Part shown: positions 46,338 through 58,718 of the stretch, one piece after another
Position numbering within the stretch: the first letter of the stretch is position 1
Layout of the letters: each line of letters opens with the position of its first letter
Position numbers and translations under genes: made by a program
Notes under the pieces: generated by a model
Seen by the model: only the letters and a program-made list of their open reading frames with translations
The model's database searches: none
Told to the model about the DNA's origin: nothing
Source: the human T2T-CHM13v2.0 reference genome, Homo sapiens
Assembly (NCBI RefSeq): GCF_009914755.1
Contig: NC_060925.1
Length of the DNA: 64,000 nucleotides
Reading direction: 5' to 3' (one strand)

Positions 46338-47757
46338 GAGGGAGGGAAGAAAGGAAGGAAGGGGACGGTGAAAGGGAAAGGGAGGGGGAGGGGAGGGGGA
46401 AGGAGAAGAGAGGGGAGGGGGGAGAAGGGAAGGGAGGGAAGGGGAGGGGGAAGGAGAAGGGAGGGGTGGGAAGGGGAGGGGAAGGGGAGGGGAGGGGAGG
46501 GGAAGGGGGAGGGGAGGGGAGGGGAGGGGAGGGGAGGGGAAGGGGGAGGGGAAGGGGGAGGGGAAGGGGGAGGGGAAGGGGAGGGGGAGGGGGAGGGGAG
46601 GGGGAGGGGGAGGGGGAGGGGGAGGGGAAGGGGAGGGGGAGGGGAGGAGGGGAGGAAGGGGAGGGAGGAGGGGAGGAAGGGGGAGGGGGAGGGAGGGGAG
46701 GGGGGAGGGGGGAGGGGAGGGGAGGGGGGAGGGGAGGATGTGGGAGGGGGAGGGGAGGACGGGGAGGGGAGGAGGGGGAGGGGAGGGGGGGGGAGGAGGG
46801 GAGGGGAGGAGGGGAGGGGAGGAGGGGGAGGGGAGGAGGGGGAGGGAGGAGGGGAGGGGAGGAGGGGAGGGGAGGAGGGGAGGGGAGGAGGGGAGGGGAG
46901 GAGGGGGAGGGAGGAGGGGAGGGGAGGAGGGGAGGGGAGGAGGGGAGGGGAGGAGTGGGAGGGAGGAGTGGAGGGGAGGAGGGGAGGGGAGGAGGGGGAG
47001 GGAGGAAGGGAGGGGAGGAGGGGAGGGGAGGAGGGGAGGGGAGGAGGGGAGGGGAGGAGGGGAGGGGAGGAGGGGAGGGGAGGGGAGGGGAGGAGGGGAG
47101 GGGAGGGGAGGGGAGGAGGGGAGAGGAGGGGAGGGGAGGAGGGGAGGGGAGGGGAGGAGGGGAGGGGAGGGGAGGGGAGGGGAGGAGGGGAGGGGAGGGG
47201 AGGGGAGGGGAGGAGGGGAGGGGAGGAGGGGGAGGGGAGGAGGGGGAGGGGAGGAGGGGAGGAAGGGGGAAGGAAGAGGGGAGAGGGGGAAGGAAGAGGG
47301 GAGGGGGGGAGGAAGGGGGAGGGAGGAGGGGAGGAAGGGGGAGGGAGGAGGGGAAGAAGGGTGAGGGGAGGAGGGGGAGGGGAGGAGGGGGAGGGGAGGA
47401 GGGGGAGGGGAGGGGGAGGGGGGAGGGGAGGAGGGGAGGGGAGGAGGGGAGGAGGGGAGGGGAGGAGGGGAGGGGAGGAGGGGGAGGGGAGGAAAGGAAG
47501 GGAGGGAAGGGGAGGGGAGGAGTGGAGAGGAGGATGAGGGGAGGGGAGGGGAGGAGTGGAGAGGAGGGTAAGGGAAGGAAGCAGAGGAGGGAGGAGTGGA
47601 GAGGAGGGGAAGGGAGGGGAGGGGAGGGGTGCGGGAGGGGAGGGGTGCGGGAGGGGAGGGTAAAGGAAGGGAGGGGAGGGTGGGGGACGGGAGGGAAGAG
47701 GAGTGGAGAGGAGGAGAAGGGAGGGGAGGGGAGGGGAGGGGAGAGGAGGAGAGGGAG
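46338..47757. repeat. About 1.4-kb G/A-rich low-complexity tandem tract (GGGGA/GGAGG units)
   Basis: Plus strand almost entirely purine. Confidence 0.97.
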
Positions 47758-47948
47758 CAGTAGTGGCAGCAGCCATAGATGAGGTCAATCATTTCCCAAC
47801 TTATTCCCAAGAACTCCAAGATTCCTTGAAGGTGACAAGACCCCCATTCCCCTGACCCTTCAACCAGAGCAGAGCAGAGCTCTCTCATCTGTTTAAGACA
47901 ACTGGCTTCCACATAAGATTTTGTTTGGTAACAAAGCGCTTGCCGCTA

Positions 47949-48239
<291 letters not shown>

Positions 48240-48841
48240 CTAGGAGACAACGGGGAATTGACCCTCAAGAGTCTGAGCACCATGAGCCAGGAGGTCACTG
48301 GCAGGCCATGTGGGTGCATATGGGGCCACCTCGCTCAGATATCAGCACCCTGGTTTCCTTATTGGGAGGCTACCTCTCTCCCACAGCTACTGGTCTTGGT
48401 GGGGTTATAAACCAAAGCATTTGGCCCTCCCCTGGCCAACGAAAGACTGCAGTCCCTTGGAACAGACACAGGCTTCTGACTCAGCCAGAGCCCAGGACGC
48501 ACAAGAGGACATGACCACAGGAGACACATGCGCCTGCCAGGATGAGGCCCAGGGCTCCCAGCAGCCAACAGGTGAGAGAGAACAAGTCCAGGGGACATCA
48601 CCTGAGACCTCGCTCAAGCCACACCTGAAGCTTATGCTGGCTGTGGATTTGCTGTGAGTCAACAAATCGCCTCTCACTTAAATCATTTTGGATGGGTTTG
48701 TTAATCATTTCCAACCAAATGAGCCCTTCCTGATATAACCAGAAACTAAATCCTCAACTTCCCAGATTTTGGGGTGACATTGGCAAAGCAAAAAGCAGAT
48801 CTTTGAGAATTGAGAAATCATGGCTACAAATACAGAACAAA

Positions 48842-48919
48842 GCAGCCAGAGTGTAGACAGGCAGGACCCTGCCCAGAGCGGCAGCCAGAGTGTAGACAGG
48901 CAGGACCCTGCCCCGGAGC
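48842..48919. repeat. 39-bp tandem duplication
   Basis: GCAGCCAGAGTGTAGACAGGCAGGACCCTGCCC occurs twice. Confidence 0.9.
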
Positions 48920-49362
48920 TTTACCACTTACAGCAAGTATTGCTTTAGCCTTTTCTCTTCTGTGACAGGTTCTTACCTGAGACAAGAGTCCTCCACCTTT
49001 CTTTCACCTATTCACTTAGCAAACGTTACTTACACATCTATTCTGCGCATTGACTCTCTGCCAGGCACATTTCCAGGCACTAGGGAAACAACAAGGAACA
49101 GACAAAATCTCTGCCCTTACAGGGCTTACATGGTGAAGAACGGGGAGAGAGGTGGGTGGGGCGGGGCAGGGCAGGGCAGGGCAGGCTCTCTGAGATGATC
49201 CTTGAGCTGAGAACAAGGGGGGCATGAGAAGAACCACAGGGAGTTTGGGGAGAGGGAGCCAGGCAGGAGGAGCAGCAAACTCAAAGGTCCTGAGAGGAAG
49301 AGAGCACACGTGCTCCAGGAGCCAGCGAGAAGTGCAGGAACTATATTTAGCTATAGTACCTG

Positions 49363-49638
49363 TGTTTTGTTTTTGTTTTTAAGAAAAGGGTCTCGTCTGT
49401 CACCCAGGCTGGAGGTCTGGCCACTGCAGCCTCCACCTCCCAGGCTCAAGCAATCCTCCTGCCTCATCCTGTCAAGTAGCTGGGACCACAGGTGCACTCC
49501 ACCACACCCGGCTAATTTTTGTACTTTTTGTAGAGAGTGGGTTTTGCCAGGCTGGTCTTGATCTCCTGTCCTCAAGTGACCCGCCCGTCTCGGCCTCCCA
49601 AAGTGCTGGGGTTACAGGGGTAAGCCACCATGCCCGGC
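49363..49638 (-). mobile_element. AluJ-like
   Basis: Reverse Alu dimer. Confidence 0.88.
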
Positions 49639-52037
49639 CTGTATTTTCTAATTTTCTGTATTACTGATGCTCTGGCATCTGGGGCCTCAGTGACGAGATA
49701 AGACTGTCCCCCAGAGCCGGTTAATTCCTAGGGTGGCAAATGGCAGGCCTATCAGAATGTGTCTGACATGAAAACCAACCCGTCCAGAGACCACATGCCC
49801 CACTACCTCTGTCTGGCTCACACACCCCAGGAGTCCCACCCTCTGCCCTGGTCTCTCAGGGTCAGTGACCAGACACCTCGGGCCATCCCTGCACCTCAGA
49901 GACCACGACATGACTCTCCTTGGCCAACGCAAGCCCGTCCAGCTGCCCACCCTCCCTGGCCCAGTCCTCCCACAAAACCATAATCAAGTCTCTGCCCATG
50001 CCTCCCTTCCACCCTCCTGCCTCCTGACCAACCCTGCGCTTCCCCAGGTGGCCTGTGGGACATGGCCTACCCCTCGTCTTGGGAGCCCTGAGTAACAGAC
50101 AGGGTCTCAGCTGAGTTGTCTCCTGATCCGCTGGCCTCACCACCCCTAAATGGAAACCAGTCCCAGGTACATTCTAAGCAGAAAGCCCACCGGACTGCAG
50201 CAGGCTGGGCCAGGGAGGAGAGAAGGAATGAGCGCCAGGCGCAAGAGCGTTCAGGCAGGCCTCACGGCGCGAGGAGAAGCTGGGTTCTCACTCCAATCAT
50301 GCAGGGAGGCCAGGGAGAGATTCTAAGCAGAAATGACACAATCTGGTTCGGGATTTAAGAAAATTCCCGCAGCTGCCATGTGGGGGCGGGAGTGGAAGCA
50401 GGGGCCAATTAGGAGGAGGCGAGACAGGGAGGGGCAGGGAGGGTGACAGGAAGCAGGCACCGCTGGGCTCTGCTGCTTTGCAGGAGTGGCTGCGTGGTCA
50501 TGAAGGGAGAAAAGTGGGAAGGGCCAGCTGCCTAGGTCGGCCCAGCCCTCCCAGGCCCAGTACTGAATCTCGCATCTCAAGTGAAGCAACGTGGAGGGAG
50601 GTGGTGTTATCCATGAGGACAGGGAAGGTGGGCAGAGCAGGTCTGAAGACTCCAAGCCCAGCTCCCATCACCACGCACCAGGGCCTGGCCCCCAGCTCCC
50701 ATTACCACGCTACCTCCCTGTCCTCCTCCCTCTTCCCCTCAGTCTCTCTTCCTCCTCAGCTCCTCCCGCATCCAGACCTGCCCTCTGAGCCTGCCTCATC
50801 TCTCCCCAGAGCAACCCCCTGGCTTTTCCATGTTGACTGTCTGCTGCCCCCATCTACAACGTGAGCTCTCTGAGGACACAAGCCTGAAATAGTCTGTTCC
50901 CTGCTCTGTCCCTGGGGCCTAGGCAAAGCTTCTGCACGTGCCCCTCCTCACCCGGGACTGCCTGGGTTCCCCCAGCACCGCCACCTCCTCCTCCTCCTCT
51001 CCTGCACTCTCAGGAGGCCATTCTCAGGCAGGATCCCGTGGCTCCCAGAACCGTCGCTGGCTTGGGCTTCTTTCCAGAATGCCAGATCCTAACCACCCTC
51101 CCACCACCTCTATGCTACTTCACATCCAGTCTATTCAAATAAGAATCCACTGAGAGCTTCCTGAAGACACAGTATAGGGCAGAGTCAACTCTGTGTCATC
51201 TGCACGGTTCCTAACATATCGTGGTGCCCAATACATATCAAGCTGAACTGAAATACTCATCCCAAAATAAAGAAATATAAGCAATGATCATGGTAAAATT
51301 AAACAAAAAAAGTAAATGGGACAGTAAAAGAAATATACTAAAATCATTAATAAAGTGCCCTGAATTCAAAACAAGCATGTAATATTCTTCAGCCAACACC
51401 TTTCACAGGGAAGCAAGCTTTGGCCATTATCTAAAGCTATCAATTCTCAAAACAACTAAAATTATACAAACTTATAAGACTATCTATACCAAACCATCAT
51501 CTATTTCCAAACTCTATTTATAGAATTTATATGAATTCTATTTATCTTCTTTTAAATACTGTATTTTGATTGATCTTTGTAAATAAAACAACGTTGCATT
51601 CCTGCAGTAAGCCCCACTTGATCCTAATACCCCATCTTTTATACATATTGCTGGCTTTGCTGTCTTAATATTTTCAGGGCTGCTGTGTTAATATTCATGA
51701 GGGATACAAGTCTGTACTTTTTTTTGTAGTGCCCTTGACTGGGTATCAGAATTATGGTGGCCTCAAAAAATGAGCTGGGAAGTGTTCCCTCCTCCTCTAT
51801 TTTCTGAGTTTGTCTAGAATTCGTCTTATTTCTTCCTTTAGTATCTGATAAAATTCAACATTGTATTTTTAACCTCTGTAGCGTACGTTATCATGATGCT
51901 TCTTTCATTTTAATACTGGTAGTCTGTGTTTTCTTTTTTTTTTGTCTTGATCAATTTTATCAATCTTTTCAGAGAATCAACTTCTAGCTTTGCTGATTTT
52001 CTCTATTATTTGTCCTTTATTGATTTCTGCTCATATA

Positions 52038-52361
52038 CAGTCATGTGTAACATAATGACATTTCGATCAGCAACAGACTGTATATATGACTGGCCCCTTA
52101 AGATTGTAATATTATATTTTTACTGTTTTTTCTATGTTTGATATACCGTTGTGTTACAATTGCCAATGGTATTCAGTATAGTAATGTGCCATACAGGTTT
52201 GTAGCCTAGAAGCAACAGGCTATACCATGGAGCCTAGGTGTGAGGCAGGCTCTACCCTCTAGGTTTACGTAAGTACATCCTATGATGTTTGCACAATGAC
52301 AAAATCACCTAACACCATTTCTCAGAATGTGTCGGCACTGTCAAGGAACCATGCATAACTG
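52038..52361. mobile_element. Tigger3a/MER7-like element
   Basis: TA|CAGTCATG...CATAACTG|TA: inverted ends with a TA TSD. Confidence 0.8.
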
Positions 52362-53072
52362 TATTTACCATTTCCTTCCTTCTAGTTACTTTGTATCTAA
52401 TTTGTTCCTTTATTTAGGTTTGTATCTAATTTGTTCCTTTATTTAGGTTGTTAAGGAGGAAACAGACGTCACTGATTTTATACCTTCTTCTTTTCTAATA
52501 TAGTCATGTAAAGCTATACATTTCCCTCAAAGAACTGTATTAGTTATATCCTATAAATCTGTATATTTTCTTCCATTACTCAGTTCAAATTATTTTCTAA
52601 TTTCCCTATTAATTCTTCTTTGATCCAGTATGTTAATTTCCTATTTGAGGATTTTCTAGATCTCATATTATTTATTTCTAACTTAAAAGCACAGTAGTCA
52701 ATAAACATACTCTATAATTTGGGTCCTTTGAAGCTTATTGGGACATTTTAATGGCCCAGCATACGGTCTATCTTGGTGACTGTTCCATATGAACTTGGGA
52801 AGAACGTGTTCTCTAGCTTTGTTGGGAGTGGTGTTTAAGAGATGACAGGGTGATTGATGGTACACTTGGGAAGAATGTGTACTCTAGCTTTCTTGGGAGT
52901 AGCGTTAAGAGATGACAAGGTGATTGACGGTATTCTTCAGAGCTTCCAAATCCCTATGAGTGTTCTGATCTATCTGTTTTTTCAATAATTGAGAGAAGAA
53001 GAGTTAAAAGTCTCCAACCATGATTATGAATCTGAATATAGTTCCCTTTAGTTCTGTCCAATTTTGCTCTTT

Positions 53073-53548
53073 TGTACAAAAGAGTTATCAGAACAGACCT
53101 TACTGTTATGCTTTGAAAGACCAGCTTAGAAGTCTGCCCTTTTGCTGGAGTCTGGGAACTTAGATTTCAAGAGAGTTCCTACCACCTAACTGGTAAGAGG
53201 AGCTCACTGTGCCTAAACTGTTTATGTACTGTGGCTTATGCTAAACACGTGTTTCCCTTCTGAGAGTCTGGAATTTTGGACATGCTACACAACATTTCAC
53301 GTGTGTTGTTACAATTCATTGCTGGAGGAATCAAACGCATCCTGTGTGACTCAACTGAGAGAGGACTCTTGGAAGCTTGTACCCTCTTCCCTCAGACATC
53401 CCCCATATGCCTCCTCCCTTTGCTGATCTTGCTCTGTATCCTTCTGCTGGATCAACCTTAGCTGAGAGTATGACTACATGCTGAGTCATGTGAGTCCTCT
53501 TAGAGACTCTTCAAACCTGGGAGGTGGTCTTGGAGGCCCCTAACACAA
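53073..53548 (+). mobile_element. MER68-like ERVL LTR
   Basis: AAAAGAGTTA..GTCTGGGAACTT.GATTTC..GCTCACTGTGCCTAAACTGTTT..TTGCTGGAGGAAT. Confidence 0.75.
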
Positions 53549-54079
53549 GTGCATACACATTTAGAGATTGTTACGTTTCCTTGATGATCACTGTCTTTAT
53601 GAGGTGCCCCTTTATTTCTGGGAATACTCTTCACCTTGAAATCTACTTTTTCTGATACTAGTATAGATGCAAAGCTTTCTTTGCTTAGTATGTACATGGT
53701 TTATATTTTTCCACCCTTCTACCTGCAACCTGTTTACGTCTTTATGCTTAGAGTGCACTTTTTTGTAAACAACATGTAATTGGGTTTTAAATAACTTTTA
53801 ACATACGACTTTGGATCAGGAATTCCACTTCTAGGAATTATTCTACAGACATATCTGTACATGAAAAAAATGAGGTTATTCACTGTAGCAGTGCCTATAA
53901 TAGCAAATGACTGGGAAAAGTCTAAATGTTCATCAATCACGGCCTCACTCAATAAATGATGGCTCATTCATATAAAGAAACACCTTGCGGTCTTAAGAAC
54001 AATAAAATTTTCTTCATGTAATAACATGAATGATCGATAAGACATACTGCCTGAATTTTTTTGAAAAGCAAGGTACAGT

Positions 54080-54375
54080 GCCGGGCATGTGGCTACACCT
54101 GTAATCCCAGCACTTTGGGAGGTAGAGGCGGGCAGATCACCTGAGCTCAGGAGTTTGAAACCAGCCTGGCCAACATGGTGAAACCCCGACTCTACCAAAA
54201 ATACAAAAACTTAGCCGGGCATGGTGGCGCACATCTGTGGTCCCAGCTACTTGGGAGGCTGAGGAAGGAGGATCACTTGAGCTCAGGGGGAGGAGGTTTA
54301 CAGTGAGCTGAGATCACACCACTGCACTACAGCCTGGGTGACAGAGTGAGACTTCATCTCAAAAAAAAAGAAAGA
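54080..54375 (+). mobile_element. Alu
   Basis: Alu dimer inside an old L1 3' end. Confidence 0.92.
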
Positions 54376-55596
54376 ATGGTACAGAACGGAATACAGGAAG
54401 TACCATTTGCATTTTAAAAAGGAAAAATAAATGTAGGTATATTTACTTGTATTTGCTTAGAATTTAAGAAAGTTGTACGAAAACACACTGTATCTAGGGT
54501 GATACACCAGGTGCCTGGGGATGCCATGGGATGATTCACTTTTCCTCTGCATCCTTGTCAACTTTGAACTACGTGCATTACCTTTTCACAAATAAAAATA
54601 AAATGAAATGGGGAAATAAAATTTCCTTTGCAAAACTCCTAGGAAAGAGGGAAGGGCTATCAACTATCCTGTGAGCTTCTGGAAGGCGGCTGAGCCAGAC
54701 CAGGAGGGTGGCATCCCAGCTAAAGCCGTCGCCCTGGGCAGCTGGCTTCACTCTTAATTAGCAGGTGCTGCTGCTCGTCTATAAAACGGGAGTAAGGTGG
54801 TGGCAGCCTCATAGAGCTGCTCTGAGGATTAAGTGAATGAACACAGTGAAGTGCTAGAAGTAAAGCTACAAAAGCAGCAGCCACCACAGTACCTACCACA
54901 GTGGCAAAGACACAGCAGGTGCTCAATCCAAGGGCTTGGAATTGAACGATATAGAACATCAGTGATTTAATAATAGTAAATTAGTCACAGACCCGGGGCT
55001 CCAACAACTGAATATATGTGAATATCACTCTCCCAGCTGCAGAGGAAAACGGCCTTGCCAAGCCAAATCCTGTAAAAAGGGTTGACAATGGCAAGACTGA
55101 TCCTTCTCACGCATTCCCACCGGCCACTGGGCCTCACGAGGACAATCCAATCGTGTGGGTGTCCCGTGGGCAGCAGCACAGAAGCACCAGCTTGTCCAGC
55201 AGGTTCCCCGCCAGCTGAAGGGCACAGATGGATGTGCCGCCATCAGGGCCTGGGCCTGAGTGTGCCCAAGGCCGTGGTACATCCAGCCACGCACAGAGCT
55301 GCCAGAATGCCCGTAGCTCAGCCCCTGCAGTCCTCACTGCCAGGCTGAAAGCGGGCCATGCTGAGCCATGCACAAGGCCACCTGGCTCACAAATAACCCA
55401 GGAAATCAGAGTACTTGGGTTTTTAAATTGCTCCACTGTGGGCAGAAAGAAACCCTACCCAGAGTCAAAAGTGCTGACCATGTCATTGAATCATAGATTC
55501 TCTTTGCTGATGGGCCACTTTGCATCCGAATACTGCCAAGGCCCAAGGTAATGGGTATGGTGGTATAAGACTCAAACGAGTAAGTGAAAATCAATA

Positions 55597-56328
<732 letters not shown>

Positions 56329-57171
56329 CTAGGAAGTACCATTTGCATTTCAAAAAGGAAAAATAAACGTAGATATATTTATTTGTATTTGCTTAGAATT
56401 TATGAAAGCTGTACAATAACACACTGTATCTAGGGTGATACACCAGGTACCTGGGGTCAACATGGGATGATTCACTTTTCCTGTGTATCCTTGTCAACTT
56501 TGAACTATGCGAATTACCTTTTCAGAAATAAAAATAAAATGGAGAAATAAAATCTACCTCCAGAGAACCCTCCGCCCCACCCCTACCCCCGTGGGCCAGA
56601 CTCAGGGCACGACTCTCCTGACCTCTGTGGCTGGTTCCGGATGGGGACATGAAGGGATGTTTTATTCAGCTGTGTAAGTTGGATACCACACAAGGACACC
56701 AGGGGTGGGTGGCTGCTGAAATACAGTCCTAGCGTTAAGACTGTCTTGTAGGGGACCCAGGGAGCATGAGAGAGGGAATACAGCCCTTGGGCCAAGAGGT
56801 GGTCAGCCTGAAACTGCCCGGGGCCACCTTAGGACACACATAAAAACAAGCAGAGAGGAAAAGGTAGGAGTGAGGGCCACTGGGTCCCCATGTCATTATT
56901 AGAGACCTCAGTTGGTCACCCCACGACACTTCAGCTACATGAACAAAGTCTCTTGTTGCTAAAGCCATTTGGGGACAGGTTTCAGGTGTTACCAGCTTCT
57001 TGGTGGGTCTTGGCCCGTTTTGAGTGTTATCTGATCCTGTCCAGCCAGACCGGGATCTAAATCTTCTCTAGCCAACACAGAATCCAAAGATCTGAACCTC
57101 AAGAAGAGGTTGAATTCCGTAAACTAAAATGGCGAGTAAGGAGAAAAAGAAGTGGGTTTGGCCTTCTAAGA

Positions 57172-58494
57172 CAGCAGCTCTCTAAGTACATTCCCCAAAC
57201 CCAAGGTTCAACAGGATCCTGTCAGGGGCTCTACAAGGTCAAAACTATTTTCATGACACCCAGGTGTTATCTCTTTCACCATGGTGGCATGGTGGGGCAG
57301 AGGCAGCAGCAGGGAAAGCCACTGGGGCCTCACTCAACCCAAGGCTGGTTGGGTTGAGTGAGGTCCTCCCAACCTCTCACAGAAAAGAACAAGGCAGCTT
57401 CAAGTAAGAACATCCTTGGTGAAGCCGGAAAAACTATTAATCTTATTACTTCTTGACCTTTGAGTACACACGTTCTTAATTTTGTGAGACGAAATGGAAA
57501 ATACACAACAAGCATTTCTGCTGCAAACTGAAAGGCAACAGTCATCCCCGGGGAAGCCTGGCTGTGACTGGGCTGCATGCTGAACACACCGCTTTTATTA
57601 TTCAACACCATTTTCACTAAGAAGAATGACTGAGAGACAAACATGGGTACTTGGCAGACATCTTCTCAAACGTGAACAAAGTTAGCATGTCACTTCCGGG
57701 AAAACAACTGCAACAAAAATGGAGTTTCCAAGCAAAAATGAGAATTAAGAACATTTGTATCCTCTACCATGAGCCTACTAGCTTCACACTTCTTCAAGAC
57801 TTTCCTGATGAGAGGGGCAGTGATATAACGTGATCTTCTAAGGTTACACCATTAAATGTGTCAATAGTTGGAAGGTCTGCATGACTCCGTGAACCAATAT
57901 TTTCTGAACAATGCGTAATGGTACAAAATCCTGCAAGAAGAAAACATCCACCCAAAGTGCAAGACAGACCAAAGGAGTTTAATGTCAGAGCACGAAGAGT
58001 TCATTCACATGGTGGAGACTCTGCTTTAGAACAAATCCTTAAGAAACTTCTGCTCGTAGGGTTTCAATGCAGCAGCAAAGAATATCCACAATGACCCAAG
58101 AGACTCCTCCCTAACTAGATCGGGATGGATTTCCTTCACATACTTCAACCAAGGCAACACAAGGCAACAGACTGAGTACAGAAGCAAACAGGAGCCTTCA
58201 GCTGTCCTCTCTTAAGGAGACTGTAAAGATATTTGCAAGAATGCAAAAGAATCCCACTCTTCTAAATTTTTTTTTGTTTTGGATAATATAGTTGGTTTTT
58301 GTAAAAAATGTTTTTATGTTAACATGTCACAGCCTTATTTTTAAATAAATTAATATTTTTAACATTTCTCAGTTTTAACTTCTATGGCAGTAAACATTGG
58401 TAGATATAACTCACATAAACAAAAGTTCTTTGGGGTCCTCAATAATCTTTTAAAGGGTAAAGGGATCTGAGACCAAAAAGTTTGAGAAGGGTTG
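57172..58494. mobile_element. Charlie1a-like hAT DNA transposon
   Basis: AGGTCAAAACTATTTTCAT near the left end and TTTGGGGTCCTCAATAAT..TGAGACCAAAAAGTTTGAGAA at the right end. Confidence 0.8.
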
Positions 58495-58570
58495 TGCTAA
58501 TGGTTCACCCCCTGCATGCTCCCGGCATGTGTGGGAACCGAGAGGACATGACCAGGCAGCCTGAGAGGGG

Positions 58571-58718
58571 CCTTGGCCCAGGGTCCCGCCTCCACCCACA
58601 GTGCACCCAGACGCTGCATCCTTGGCCCAGGGTCCCGCCTCCACCCACAGTGCACCCAGACGCTGCATCCTTGGCCCAGCGTCCCGCCTCCACCCACAGT
58701 GCACGCAGATGCTGCATG
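58571..58718. repeat. 49-bp minisatellite, 3 copies
   Basis: CCTTGGCCCAGGGTCCCGCCTCCACCCACAGTGCACCCAGACGCTGCAT at 58571, 58620 and 58669. Confidence 0.92.

Larger units (their letters stand above)
51590..53790 (-). mobile_element. Old L1M fragments interrupted by Tigger3a and MER68
   Basis: T-rich antisense L1 motifs (GAGCTGGGAAGTGTTCCCTCCTCCTCTATTTT); internal 29-bp (about 52390) and about 71-bp (about 52793) tandem duplications. Confidence 0.7.

Noticed and set aside
46250-47912. 400-530 aa Pro/Ser- or Gly/Glu/Arg-rich ORFs on both strands
   Set aside because: Artefact of a G/A-only tract that cannot form stop codons; open in many frames, with no splice or codon evidence.
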